DNA from: Eledone cirrhosa
Lineage: Eukaryota
Length of the DNA: 64,000 nt
Reading direction: 5' to 3'
Assembly: GCA_964016885.1 (NCBI GenBank)
Contig: OZ024741.1
Coordinates: forward strand, 272,428,001 to 272,492,000
Below are positions 13,057-25,639 of the stretch, piece by piece. Below the pieces are notes generated by a model. It saw only the letters and a program-made list of their open reading frames with translations. It was not told where the DNA came from and did no database searches. Numbering within the stretch: position 1 is the stretch's first letter; every line of letters begins with the position of its first letter. A program made the position numbers and the translations under genes.

Positions 13057-14088
13057 ATATATATGTATATATATATATAAATATATATATATGTGTATAT
13101 ATATATATATATATAAATATAATTTCGGCTGTGGTCAAAAACAAAGCGAAACGCAATATCCGAGTTATGCTGGCAAGCGCTCCATGGACTAAATAAAGAC
13201 CAGAGCAATAAACATAGGTTTTTAAAGGCTAAACAAACTGAGATGGCGGTCAAGAAGCCATCAACCACCTAAGCCAAAAAGACGATGCAAGCCAAATGGG
13301 TCAAACAAAATAATAGAATATTTACCTGGACCCCTGGAAAAGATGGTATAATCCAGTAAAGGGTTTCTGCGACACCTAAATCAATTATACTGCATGCTTC
13401 AATAATAAGCTTTTGTTATAATAATTGAACAAGGCTGTCACTTCGTCAATAGGTATTTTGTTCTACGCCAGCATGCAGGATTAAGCAGTAGTATATAGTA
13501 GTAAAAAACCATGTGTATAACTCTGCAAGGGAGATAACCCCAGATCTTGGCAGATGAATTCAGTAAGTGTAAAATTAATGCAATAATTACAAAAACTGCA
13601 CAAATCGAATTAAGCTCTTGACCGGGTAGTTTTTAAAGTAAACTTAACTGAGATATTCTGTAGAACGCACGTGCGCTCTACAGAATATCTGTTTCACACA
13701 AACCGTGGACAACAGAGGCCACGTACCGTTCCTCTCCGACAGATAACTTTCCCCCCCGGAAAACCCCCCAGTTGATGGATGCGAATCCGAAATATAGGAA
13801 CAATTAAATCTCTCCCAAGGTAACTCTATCTCGTGTTATTATTTTTATTTTTTACGCTCTTTCCTATGTTCGTCTACACACTATACATCTCATTCTACAT
13901 TTCCTCTTACATCTCTCTCTTCACCACCGGATTCTGTTACCCGGAGATTTACCCATCTGCACTGTTGAGGCTTCCAAAACGACCAAAAAAATAAATCTTA
14001 TTATACCACAATGCTTCAAGCAAACTTCAATACTCTCATATAAATTATATATTTATATGCGCATATACACTAAATTATTAATAACAAT

Positions 14089-14275
14089 ATACTGTATTTT
14101 CCGGCCTATTGGACGCCCCTTTGTGTAAGATGCTCCCCCCTTTTTTATTATATTTTACGATATATATTGACGTTTATAGGCATTTTTATGGACCACGTCT
14201 AATATTCGCGGTTTTTCACTCGTCACGGATGCTCTAGGAACGTAACCTACGGGAATACCGGGGGACAGCTGTATA
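14089..14275 (-). mobile_element. Tc1/mariner-pogo-like remnant
   Basis: Reverse-complement homologue of 4276-4445. Confidence 0.55.
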
Positions 14276-14758
14276 CATAAACTAATATCAAATGAAAAAT
14301 ACGAGGAAATAAGACAAAAATATACCTATACATACAAATATATATATAATTTTATTAGTCTTCACTAATAAAGTTTTATTCACAGTTATATAAATAATAT
14401 TACAAATGAAAAAAAGAAAAGAAAAAAGACACAAGTAGGTAATACACACATCTAGGACCACATGCAACAAAAGGCAGGTGAAAGGGGTGGAGAAACGAAC
14501 CGCTGTCAGAGCAAAAGAAAACAATATCATGAGGAGCACTGAAAAACCTCTCTAATAAATTTAGAGGCAAGACAGCACGCTAGTCGCGGTGCTTCGGGTG
14601 ATAGTGAGGCTGATGCACTGGAACAGCCAAGCACCTTCACAAGCATCACCAGTTACTTTGGTTACGCAAGCCGCCAGTGAAGACAAGTTAGTGGTCTGAC
14701 TCTCCCAAATGTCTCGAACGCCACAGGCTGAAAAAGGTAGTTAACAGACAGATCTTCG

Positions 14759-14809
<51 letters not shown>

Positions 14810-14819
14810 GTATATGTAT

Positions 14820-15370
14820 ATGTATGTGAATTTTGTATATCTAAAGATATATGGTATGTTTAATAAATAAACATTTTGAAAGGGCAGCTATGAATATTGA
14901 TAGGGTGATGGCCAGCGCCATCTAGTGAATTCCAGCAGAAGCAGCAAGGGACCACTGTCTATGCGCATTTTGAGCTACTGGCTCTCATTGGAACAGTGCT
15001 TCCTTGCTCACTGCTGGAACTTTCATATTCATAGCTGGGCTTTCAAAAAGTTTATTTATTAAAAATACCATCTTAGATATACAAAATTAACATACATGTG
15101 TGAATATAGCTATGCCAAAGGTAAATTTTAATTCTACTTTTAGGCTTAGCCAACTTACACAACTTCATATGCAAATGAGGCTAATCAGTTCACCTACATA
15201 GTCGAAAAAACTATATAAAACCTTTTTAGAGAAAGGCTACAAAATTTCATATAGTTTAAGGCCTCATCAGGTATAAGCTCTGGCATGCTACTTACTATAC
15301 CTAGCTACCATTAAAATTAGAACATTTTTACAATTACATCCGTGTTGAAAACAGGTTGCAATAATGAAAA
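14820..15370. repeat. Diverged relative of the 310-bp hammerhead repeat, with fold-back and decayed hammerhead
   Basis: 14820-14900 and 15022-15097 are inverted repeats. The motif tatgtttaataaataaacattttgaa resembles tatgtttataataaacattttgaa of the 57-kb unit. A minus-strand CTGATGA...GAAA lies at about 15235-15275. Confidence 0.45.
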
Positions 15371-15714
15371 AAATATCCTGAATGATATATAAACAAACAA
15401 GATTATTTTTTTCTCTGAACCAGAAAACCAGAAAAAATAAAAAAGTAATTCTTCAGTTGTTTGAATTCCCACGTTTAAAGGACATGCCACCCCCCCTTCC
15501 TCTTCATTTCTGACTTTGTTTTCTCATAATCTTCCTTAGATAGTCTTTTGTTTATTTACTGGTTCTAGTCATTAGACTGCGGCCAAGCTGGGGCATTATC
15601 TTCGAGGCTATTTAGTTGATCATATTGACCTTACCACCACTATCACCACAACTGCCATTACCATCACATCCACCACTATCACCACAACTACCATCACATT
15701 CACCACTATCATCA

Positions 15715-16195
15715 CAGCTCCGATACTCTGGGCATGTGGTTAGAATGTCTCAGGAAAGAATCACTGGACAGATGTGTAACTCGGAGATCAGAGTGTCACT
15801 CCAGATAGAGCTGTTACTTCTCTGAATTGAGAGATCACAGCTCCAATATTACAGGCATGTGATTAGAATATCTCATAAAAGAATTGCTGGAGTCACTTCA
15901 GATAGAGCCGCTACTTCTCTGAATTGAGAGATTACAGTTCCGAGACAATAGGCATGTGGTTAGAATGTCTCAGGAAGGAATCACTGGACAGATTTTACAG
16001 GTAAAACCAACTGGCAGGAAACCCAGGGATAGACCCCAAGTAAGATGGTTGGGTAACATCCATAAGCTTGGCTGGTCCCACTTGGGCATCCATCTGGATC
16101 AGTTGGAGATGGTTACTTCTGACAGGACTTGCTGGAAGGCGTGTTTGAGGACTCTGCCCCCGTGACCCTCTCAGGAATAAGTGGGCGAAGAAGAA
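15715..16195 (+). mobile_element. Old RTE-type LINE 3' fragment with internal partial triplication
   Basis: LRYSGHVVRM / QVKPTGRKPRDRPQVRWL C-terminal motifs. The HVVRM-coding segment occurs three times, at about 15730, 15855 and 15953. Confidence 0.7.
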
Positions 16196-16837
16196 GCTTT
16201 TTACACATCTACATTCTTTAAGAATGAAAAATTAAAAATTCTATCTCTTTAGCTAAATTAATCTGGAGTCTAAAAAAGGAAAATATACAATACTCTATTA
16301 AATGGGATATTATTAATTCAGCAAAACCTTATGAAGATGGTAGAACTAAGTGAAATCTTTGTCTGATGGAAGCATTTGAAATAACTTCTAAAATTATTAT
16401 TCTCAACTCTAGAAATTGTGATAATCCCTTCTTATTTACAATGAACCTTTCACTATTTCTTTTACAAAATCTTTGAATCTGATTAAATATATCTGTTTAG
16501 ATTCCTGCTTAGTTTTTTTTAACACATTGAACAGTAGTCTCATATATCTTTTATACTCTGCCTCTAGGTTAAACTATCTCATAAAATTTATTTTGTTACC
16601 CATCTTAAACCTCAGTATTTGAAATGAAACTAATTCATAGTTATATATGTGTAAGTATGTGAATTTTATGAATATGCATATGTATTGGTATATATGTATG
16701 TTTCTATGTGTGGGTATATATATATATATATATATTTGTGTGTATGTGTGTACATGTGAGTATGTATATGAGTATATGTGTATATATGTATGTATATATG
16801 AATGTATGGGTGTGTATATATATATATATATATATAT

Positions 16838-17088
16838 GTAGGTGTCACAACAAAAAAACACACAGTCCACGCTGTAATGTGGTCATGTAGGTAACACGGT
16901 AAAAAGTTCTCAGTCCACACTGTAAATGTGGTTGGTGTTAGGAAGGCCATCCAGCCGTAGAAAACCTGCCAGATAGTCGAGCGAGACACGGTCACTCGAC
17001 CAATCTTGCCTCAAGTGGGACAACTCCCGTCTAACCCATGCTAGCGTGGAAAATAGACATTAAATGATGATGATGATGATGATGATGA
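16838..17088 (+). mobile_element. RTE LINE 3' UTR fragment
   Basis: Matches the 3' UTR of the main RTE family and ends in (GAT)n. Confidence 0.8.
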
Positions 17089-17394
17089 TTTATATGTGTG
17101 TGTGTGTATATATATTTATTTATGTTCATACATGGAAGAAAAGCGCTACACACGGTTTCAAGGCCCAAATTTGTGACCATTTTTCAGGCGTTTATACGAG
17201 TTTTACGTAATATAATATTTCTATACATATATATATATATCATCATCATCATCACTGTTTAATGTCCATGTTTCCATGTTGGCTTGGGTTAGATGAATTA
17301 TCCTGTTGAGAGTAATGCCAGTTCAGGTGACCATGTCATACAGAACCAATATATATATATATATGTATATGTATGTATGTATATTTGTCAATAT

Positions 17395-17670
17395 ATCATC
17401 ATCATCATCACCGTTTTACGTCCGTTCTTCCACGCTAGCATGGGTTAGACGGGTTGTCCTGTTGTGGGCAGTGTCTGGTCGGCTGACCATGCCTTGCTCA
17501 TACAGGAACTGATCTGGCTTGATTTCTACAGCTGGATGCCCTTCCTAACACCAACCTCATTTACAGTGAGTGCTGGGTGCTTTTTCGTGGCGCCTACACG
17601 TCCACTTTACAGTGTGGGCTGGGTGCTTTTTTGCCGTGGCACCTCCACGACCACCTTGCGGTGGGGGGGG
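17395..17670 (-). mobile_element. SINE family 2 / RTE-tail fragment
   Basis: Reverse complement of the 3' half of 62853-63207, with a (GAT)n tail. Confidence 0.65.
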
Positions 17671-17820
17671 GGGGGGGGCATATTGTTTATATGCTTCAGC
17701 ATGTACCCATGGGAGGTCGGGTACCCTGTATTACTGCGTGACGCCAGAAGTCACGGTCGTGTGTCATTGACTTTGAGAGGTGTAGTTGGGTAAGGTCGGC
17801 TTTTATCACCTATATATATA

Positions 17821-18116
17821 TATATTGTATTTTAAAGTGCCCAGGAAAACTTTCCTTTGAGTTCATTGAATTATAGGATTATACGTGAGTCCTATATATG
17901 AATGTGTGTGTTTTCCTCTATACTTATAATCACTATTTATATGTATATATGTATATGTATGTATGTATATTTGTCAGTATATATATATATATATATATAT
18001 TGTATTTTAAAGTGCCCAGGAAAACTCTTTCCTTTGAGCTCATTGAATTATAGGATTATACGCGAGTCCTATATATGAATGTGTGTGATTTCCTCTATAC
18101 TTATAATCGCTATTTA
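17821..18116. repeat. Local ~118-bp direct duplication
   Basis: 17821-17938 is nearly identical to 17996-18116; the copies are separated by TA-rich simple repeat. Confidence 0.8.
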
Positions 18117-18369
18117 TCCTAAGAATAGTCCTTCGCCTTTATTAATATCATATATCTTAAGTTATATGTGTTTCTTAGTAGTTAGACCTTCTCTTAATTA
18201 TTGATATTTTTATTACTAAATTATGCCTGCATAATATTTGTATTGTTTTTCTTAATATATTCTATTAATGTTAATTTTATAATTTTTATAACTTCAATTG
18301 ATAAATATTATTAAAGTTATATGCTCCAGTTGTATACCATACCATTATTTAGTGAGTAAATTGTTCGTG

Positions 18370-18645
18370 AAAACCACTGCATATTTGCGGAATCAAAAAT
18401 ATCTTTTGCAATTTTTATGGCTTTTTTTGTGGCAATATATATTTTTTCACGCTTAATTATTAATTCTTTCTACCTAATTATTAATATCAATATACCGTAT
18501 TTGCCGACCTATATTTTACATTATGCTTTGACATTTATAAGCATTTTTATGGATCACATCCAATATTCATGGTTTTCAAACTCTTTGTAGCTGCTCTAGA
18601 AATGTAACGCCTGCAAATACTGGGGGTAGGGGTAGGCAGCTGTAT
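18370..18645 (-). mobile_element. Tc1/mariner-pogo-like remnant
   Basis: Reverse-complement homologue of 4276-4540. Confidence 0.5.
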
Positions 18646-18659
18646 ATAAAATGTATATA

Positions 18660-19170
18660 ATTAGTTTCTTATTTAGACAGAAGGCCAGCAATTTGGAGTG
18701 AGGGGGAAAATCGATTAATTTGACCTCAGCGAGTTACTGGTATTTTATTTTATTGACCCCGTAAGGATGAAAGGCAGAGCTAACCTCGGTGGGATTTAAA
18801 CTCAGTACATAAAGGGCCGTAACTCTATGCCCCTAAGCATGTATTCCGATTCTGTATACCGATTCTGCTCCAAATGTATATAATTGTTTCTACTTTTGAC
18901 CATAAAGGGACATAACTCTGCTGGAAAGCATGGCGTCCGACCCTCTACCGATACTGCCAATTCACCATGCATGCCAAATGTATATAATTGTTTCTACTTT
19001 TGGCACAAGGCCAGCAAATACCAAGTGTATTACTGGTACTTTATTTTATCGACCCTGTAAGGATGAAAGGCAAAGTTAACCTCGGCGGGATTTGAACTCA
19101 GAATGGAAAGGGCCGTAACTCTATGCATCAAAGCTTGGCGTCCGACCCTCTACCGATACTGCCAATCCAA
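18660..19170 (-). mobile_element. Cluster of SINE family 1 copies (two near-full, one fragment)
   Basis: ctggtactttattttatcgaccc.gtaaggatgaaaggc blocks and gcgtccgaccctctaccgatactgcca heads. Confidence 0.8.
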
Positions 19171-19205
19171 TATAATGTCTATATATCATATATTTTCTGT
19201 TGCAG

Positions 19206-19328
19206 AATATGGACCAGAATGTTTACAAAGGACCATTCCTTGTTGCCAAAGCTGTCAATGACAACATACCAAATAAAAATGCCAAAATTCTTGATATTGC
19301 CTGTGGTACAGGATTTGTTGGTGAACAT
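19206..19328 (+). CDS. METTL27: METTL27/WBSCR27-like methyltransferase, exon with SAM-binding motif I
   Basis: Acceptor ttttctgttgcag|, then 41 codons NMDQNVYKGPFLVAKAVNDNIPNKNAKILDIACGTGFVGEH, then donor |gtgagt (phase 0/0). ILDIACGTG is class I methyltransferase motif I. Confidence 0.88.
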
Positions 19329-19371
19329 GTGAGTATAACTTTCTCTTATTTGGTCATTCTTTAAAAAAATA

Positions 19372-19775
19372 GATGGTGGAGGTGATGTTTGTGGTGATGG
19401 TGGTGGTGGTGGTGGTGGTAGTGGTAGTGGTAGTGGTTGTAGTGGTGGTGGTGGTAGTAGTCGTAGTAGTGGTGGTAGTGATGATTGTGGTGGTGGTGGT
19501 GGTAGTGATGATTGTGGTGGTAGTGGTGGTGGTGGTGGTGTTGGTGGTAGTGGTAGTGATGGTGGTGGTGGTTGTGGTAGTTGTGGTGGTGGTGGTTGCG
19601 GTTGTGGTTGTGGTTGTGATGGTAGTAGTGGCGGTAGTGATGGTAGTAGTGGTGGTGGTGGTTGTTGTGATGTTGATGTTAGTGGTGATGTGGTGGTAGT
19701 GGTTGTAGTAGTGATGGTGCAGGTGATTGTTGTGGTTGTTGTACTGGTTGTAGTTGTAGAGATGGTGGTGATTGC
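19372..19775. repeat. (GTG/GTA/GTT)n trinucleotide repeat
   Basis: Seen directly; it explains the poly-Val ORF. Confidence 0.95.
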
Positions 19776-19897
19776 TGCAGTGACCCTTTTATAGTTTGGT
19801 TAAGAAGGGGAGGGTGGGGCAGAGACCCTTTTTCTACTTAGCCATGGAGGGAGGTGTTAGTGACCCTTTTACTATGTATATATATACAGACACACTC

Positions 19898-19934
<37 letters not shown>

Positions 19935-22200
19935 AAAGTTCTATTTAAATTGTTGGGATACAACAAGCAAATATTTTTATAACTGATATAAAGCACTCAA
20001 CAAGTATTTGGAGTAAACATACGATATTAACAAATGGAAACTATATTTATAAAACCATATTTATTTCATTATACATATTTCAAGAACACCAAGTTAAATT
20101 ATGGTGTGCTTTCATCAGACAAAATATAATATAGATCAGTTTTATAAATAAATATTGACATACCCTTAAAAAATGCAACCATTACTGTTGGAAGCTCGCG
20201 GATAGTGGAGTTGTTTACTTATATTATTATTAGTATTGGATATTTTTATTTTTATTTTTAAAATAAGCCGTTGGGTTACAGAGAAAGAAAAAGAAGGAGA
20301 GAGAAAAAAGAGAGAAAAGAGAGAGAGAGAGAGACCAAAACAACAGAGAGAGAAAGATATATATAGAGAGAGGAGACAGAGAGAAGGGGAGAGACGAAAA
20401 TTCTAAGTCATATCTTGTTGAGTTAACTTAACAATTGAGATGAAATGAATAAATAAAATTAGAAATGTTAATAATCATGAATGGAATATATATATATAAT
20501 ATGAGAAATTAATCATTGTTTAAATATGATTAGATGTTTAGTTAATCATTTAAAAATTGAGATCAATATATTAAAAATTGGGATCTATACATTAAGAAAT
20601 CCATATATTGCTAGAGAACTACATATCATATAACACGTATACACACGCAAAAATACATATAAATATATATACACACTTATAAAATACATACCATATCTAA
20701 CTACGTATATAATATATACACACAAAGCATAAAGGATTCTTTAATTTAATTTAAGATATAGGAATCTTTAAAATGTTATAATTTTTAAGATATTAAAGGA
20801 AATTTTATGTTATACACACTTTATGTTATTAAATAAAATTTTTTATCTAAGTTTTATAAAAATTACCTGTTATGTATTTATGGCTGTTAATTATATGTCT
20901 ATCTGTCAGGAATCATTGGGATAATCATTATACATAAGTGCAATCAAATTGTATGGATATACACGCACATGCATATACATAATTCTCACATATACATATA
21001 TATACACATGTGTGTGTACCCTCAGCCAATAGGTAGACATGCATCACACATACATATACATACAGACAGACATACATTCATAAAAACGCATAGAACATAT
21101 GTACATGTATGTCAATATACACATACACATATATACTCACATATAGAGAGAAGTATATATCAATACATTACATAGTATAATTGAGTACATAAAATACAAA
21201 AGGATTATACTACAATTTGGAAATATAATTATAAGCAATATAACTTTAAAAGCAATACAATTTTAAAATATTATAGAATATTTTAAGTTATAATTTCAAA
21301 ATAATAGTATGTTTAATAGATTTAGTATAGAAATTTATCTTACGTATACTTAACTCAAAATTTTGAAAGGACAACCTTTCGAAAATATGAGAAGCTATCA
21401 GAACAATAAGAAAACAATAAAAAACAATAAAAAACAATAAAAAACAATAAAAAAACAATAAAAAACAATAAAAAAATAAAATAAAATAAAATAAAAATAA
21501 GAAATAGGAAATATTTTCTGCTTTCAAGAACTCTCAATATATTTCTCTAGAATAGTTTATTATATTTATTTATATTTAGGAAGAAAAGTTATTTATACTT
21601 GAGTGTTTAATCGGTCAAAAAAGATGAAGGGATCTAATGATTTATCGACAGGTTTCATATATTAATAAAATTAATTAATTAATTATATACTACATTTTAA
21701 ATTTATATTTATATTTAAACGTTGAGTTTAATCTATGTCTGCAGCAACCGAATAAATTATTCCTTAAGTTCAGGGAATTTTTGGTCTTTAATATAAAGAA
21801 TATTTCCTCTATACAAAGATCGCAATTTTCTGAAGAGGAGTTAAAAGGAGTGGCTTTTGAAATAATATTCCAAATCAACGAATATTCAACGTTCTCTAGT
21901 TTTAGGTCCCATAGTAGGCTAGATAGCGAAGTTGAAGATTTTTTGTTTGGATCTGTAAAATAATTTTTATGATTATTGAAGTGGGATTTAAACTCTGTGG
22001 AAGTAGATCCCACATAATTAAATGAATTTAAATTAGTTTTTACATTACAATTATATACTACATTTTTAGTTAAGCAATTGTTATTTAATGGACAGTTAGA
22101 TTTATTTCTACAATTACATTTATCAGATTGAATATTGCTTGGGTTATTATTGGTATTTTGGTTAGGTTTTACATTTCTATTATTAATTCTATATATTATT
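19935..22200 (-). mobile_element. Penelope-like element 3' part (Naiad-like GIY-YIG) with AT-rich 3' region
   Basis: ORF 21690-22200 reads CNCRNKSNCPLNNNCLTKNVVY...YVGST...HFNNHK...CDLCIEE...LNLR...CCRH, a PLE GIY-YIG endonuclease with a C-terminal Cys/His cluster. A same-strand hammerhead lies downstream and (TA)n flanks the region. The left boundary is uncertain. Confidence 0.7.
20063..20125 (-). ncRNA. Type I hammerhead ribozyme motif
   Basis: Minus strand: attttgt-CTGATGA-aag.acacca(loop)tggtgt.ctt-GAAA-tatgta-TA-atgaaat. Stems I and II pair and stem III is near-palindromic. Confidence 0.7.
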
Positions 22201-22420
22201 AATATATATATATATATGTATATATATACACACACACGCACACATTTATATGTATATATATATATATACATCTCTCTCTCTCACTATATACAAACGAATC
22301 AAATATTTTTTATTAATATTCAATATAACCCATACGTACATATGTGTATGTATATATATGTGTGAATGTATGCATACTTACATTTATGTATCAGCTGTGC
22401 TATAAATATCTATCTATCTA

Positions 22421-22497
<77 letters not shown>

Positions 22498-22499
<2 letters not shown>

Positions 22500-23035
22500 A
22501 ATACGGAAGATGATGTGGTCGAGAGGAAGAGCAAAGCCTGGGCAGCGTGCCACAGCTTAAGATCGGTGTGGAAGTCGGACCTTCATGGAGACCTGAAGAT
22601 CCGCCTCTTCATTGCTGTAGTGGAGTCTGTGCTGCTGTATGGGTCTGAGACTTGGACACTGACCAAGAAACTCACTCAGATGGTGGATGGGTGCTACACG
22701 AGAATGCTGAGGATGGCTCTGAACATTAATCAGTATATACTGAGGATGAAAAACTCAGAGCTGTAAGGGAGCCTCCCAAAAGTCAGCTCAAAAGTGACAC
22801 AGAGAGACTGGGGTTAGCTGGACATGCTCACCGACATCCAGAGTTGACATTGCACTCAGTGCTCCTGTGGGAGTCCCTGCATGGACACACTGGAAGAGGA
22901 AGACCGAGGTTAACATATGTTGATGCCCTAAGGGCAGACACTGGTCTGTTGGAGACGCAGGGCATGGCAGAGATAATGAGAGACAGAGACCGCTGGAGAG
23001 AACTCATCCATGGATCTCGGGAATTGTAACTGCCC
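22498..23035 (+). mobile_element. RTE-type LINE 3' fragment, second family
   Basis: [24 protein letters not shown]...[13 protein letters not shown]...GRGRPRLTYVD, with a stop and a frameshift. Confidence 0.8.
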
Positions 23036-23521
23036 TAGATATATATACATACATACACATATATACATACACATATATACATATACATATACATATATAT
23101 ACCATATGGTTGCCGTTTGGAAGGGCCTCCAGTTGTAGAAACCAAGCGAAAATACAAGTCACTTGACCTGACTTGTCTCACTACATGACACCTTGTCTAA
23201 CTCATGCAAACATGGAAAAATAGATATTAAATGGTGATGATGATGAAGATTTAAATCAAATTTCAAAGCAATATGACCGGAATAGTTTGCTCTGAGAGTT
23301 CCCCGTACTCTGAGAGTTCCCCGTTCTCTGAGGAAGGGATTTTTAAAGTCCCAACATATTAGGACGAAAAAATAATAAAGATGATAATAAATACCAGGTA
23401 ATAAACGTTTTCATTGCCTCCATTTTACCATACATTTCGCATTGTCTTAAGCCTTCATATATATATATATATATGCATTATATATATATGTATATATATA
23501 TATATATATATATACATATAT

Positions 23522-25639
23522 TAGGGTGGCCCTTAGTTTTCAACTTTCTCAAAGTTTAGCTCCCACCCCTCTTGCTTGTTCCAATTAACAAAAGACCAAT
23601 CTATGCAAAACTTTAGCTCAAGCAGACAACTGCAAGGCGACCCTCATCAACCATGAAAGTTTGAAGTTTTCGCCTGGAAAGTCATTTTTTCAGATAAAAA
23701 TTTTTTATCTCTTATACTTAGCTTTCGTCGACTTGGAGAAAGCCTTCGACAGAGTCCCCCGTTCCATTATCTGGTGGTCTCTTAGAAAACTAGGTGTTGA
23801 CGAATGGCTTGTGAGAGCTATACAAGCCATGTATAAAGAAACAGTCAGTAAGGTTAGAATTAACAACGAATATAGTGAAGAGTTTAGCGTAAAAGTTGGT
23901 GTCCATCAGGGCTCTGTTCTTAGCCCCCTACTATTTATTATTGCCCTTCAGGCTATAACAGAGGAGTTCAAGACCGGCTGCCCATGGGAACTCCTATACG
24001 CAGATGATCTAACGCTCATAGCTGAATCAATGACCGAACTAGAGAAGAAATTCCAAACGTGGAAGCACGGCCTAGAATCAAAAGGCCTTAAAATTAACCT
24101 GGCTAAGACTAAAGTTCTAGTTTGTAGGAAAGAAAATAAGGCGGCGGTCCCATCGGGGAAATGGCCATGCTCAGTGTGTAGGAAAGGCGTAGGTAGAAAC
24201 TCCATTTTATGTCCCAAATGCAAAGTATGGGTGCATAAAAGATGTAGTGGGATCACAGGTAAGCTAACTAAGAACATAGATTTTACATGTGGCCGGTGCT
24301 CTGGTGCAATAAGTAGCAGCAAGTGCCCACAAAATACTAGCTCCTTCAACTGCGCAGAGGGTTCTATAGAAATAGTGGACAGCTTCCGTTATCTGGGTGA
24401 CAAAATCAGCAGTGGGGGAGGGTGCTCTGAAAGTACAGTAGCTAGAGTCAGAACTGGATGGAAAAAGTTCAGAGAGCTTATACCACTATTAGCCGCTAGA
24501 GGGTTCTCCCTAAAAATGAAAGGCAGGTTATACGATGCCTGCATACGAACAGCAATGCTGCATGGCAGTGAGACCTGGGCATTGTGTGCAGAGGATATAC
24601 GCAGACTAGAGAGGAACGAAGCTTGCATGCTCCGCTGGATGTGCAATAGTAATATACGTGAACGGCAAAGCATAAACGAACTAAGGAAAAAATTAGAAAT
24701 AAGAGGGATCAGATGTTGTTTACTCGAGAGAAGGCTACGTTGGTATGGTCACGTGATGCGCATGAAAGACGACAGCTGTATAACAAAGTGCAGGGCAATA
24801 AAGATAGACGGTAGCCACGGAGTAGGCAGACCCAGAAAAACATGGGACGAGCTGATAAATTCCGACCTCACACGCTTACACCTCTCCAAGACAATGTCAC
24901 TGGACCGAGACCTTTGGCGGTACTCAGTAATAGAGAAGACCCGCCTTACCTAAATACAAAGTAAAAACCTACTACAGTCAGTAGGCATCTCTATCAAAAC
25001 ACACCCCCGTCCCACCACCTCCACCCCACCCACACCGCCCCTTTCAATGTAAAGTTATGTTGGTCCCACAACATCCAGGCCGAAACAAATGAGATCGTGT
25101 AGGTCTCACGACAAAAACACACAGTCCACGCTGTAAATGTGGCCGTGTAGGCAACACGGTAAAAACCTCCCAGCCCCACACTGTAAATGTGGTTGGTGTT
25201 AGGAAGGGCATCCAGCTGTAGAAAACCCGCCAGACAGTCCACGCTGTAATGTGGCCGTGTAGGCAACACAGTAAAAACCTCCCAGCCCCACACTGTAAAT
25301 GTGGTTGGTGTTAGGAAGGGCATCCAACTGTAGAAAACCCGCCAGACAGTCCTATGCGAGCAAGACAACCACTCTTACCTCAAGTGGGAAAACCCCCGTC
25401 CAAACCCATGCAAGCGTGGAACACGGACGCTAAACCTGATGATGATGATGATGATGATGATAATTTTCTCTTAAATTAAAAACTTGTTCAGATTTATTCT
25501 TGGTATCAGAAGGATAAGTGACAATAAATATAATGGGGAAGGCAACTTGCAAAGCTGGGGACAGAACACACACCTATTTTTCGCTGTGGGAGCAGCAAAA
25601 TTTTAACTTTCGGAAAATTACCTATTGTTAAGGGCCACA

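Noticed and set aside
19373-19699. Poly-Val ORF
   Set aside because: A (GTN)n trinucleotide repeat just inside the intron.
23661-23711. N-terminus of the 430-aa ORF as a real start
   Set aside because: It is chance read-through from flanking DNA into a 5'-truncated LINE. The same applies to the start of the 1021-aa ORF.
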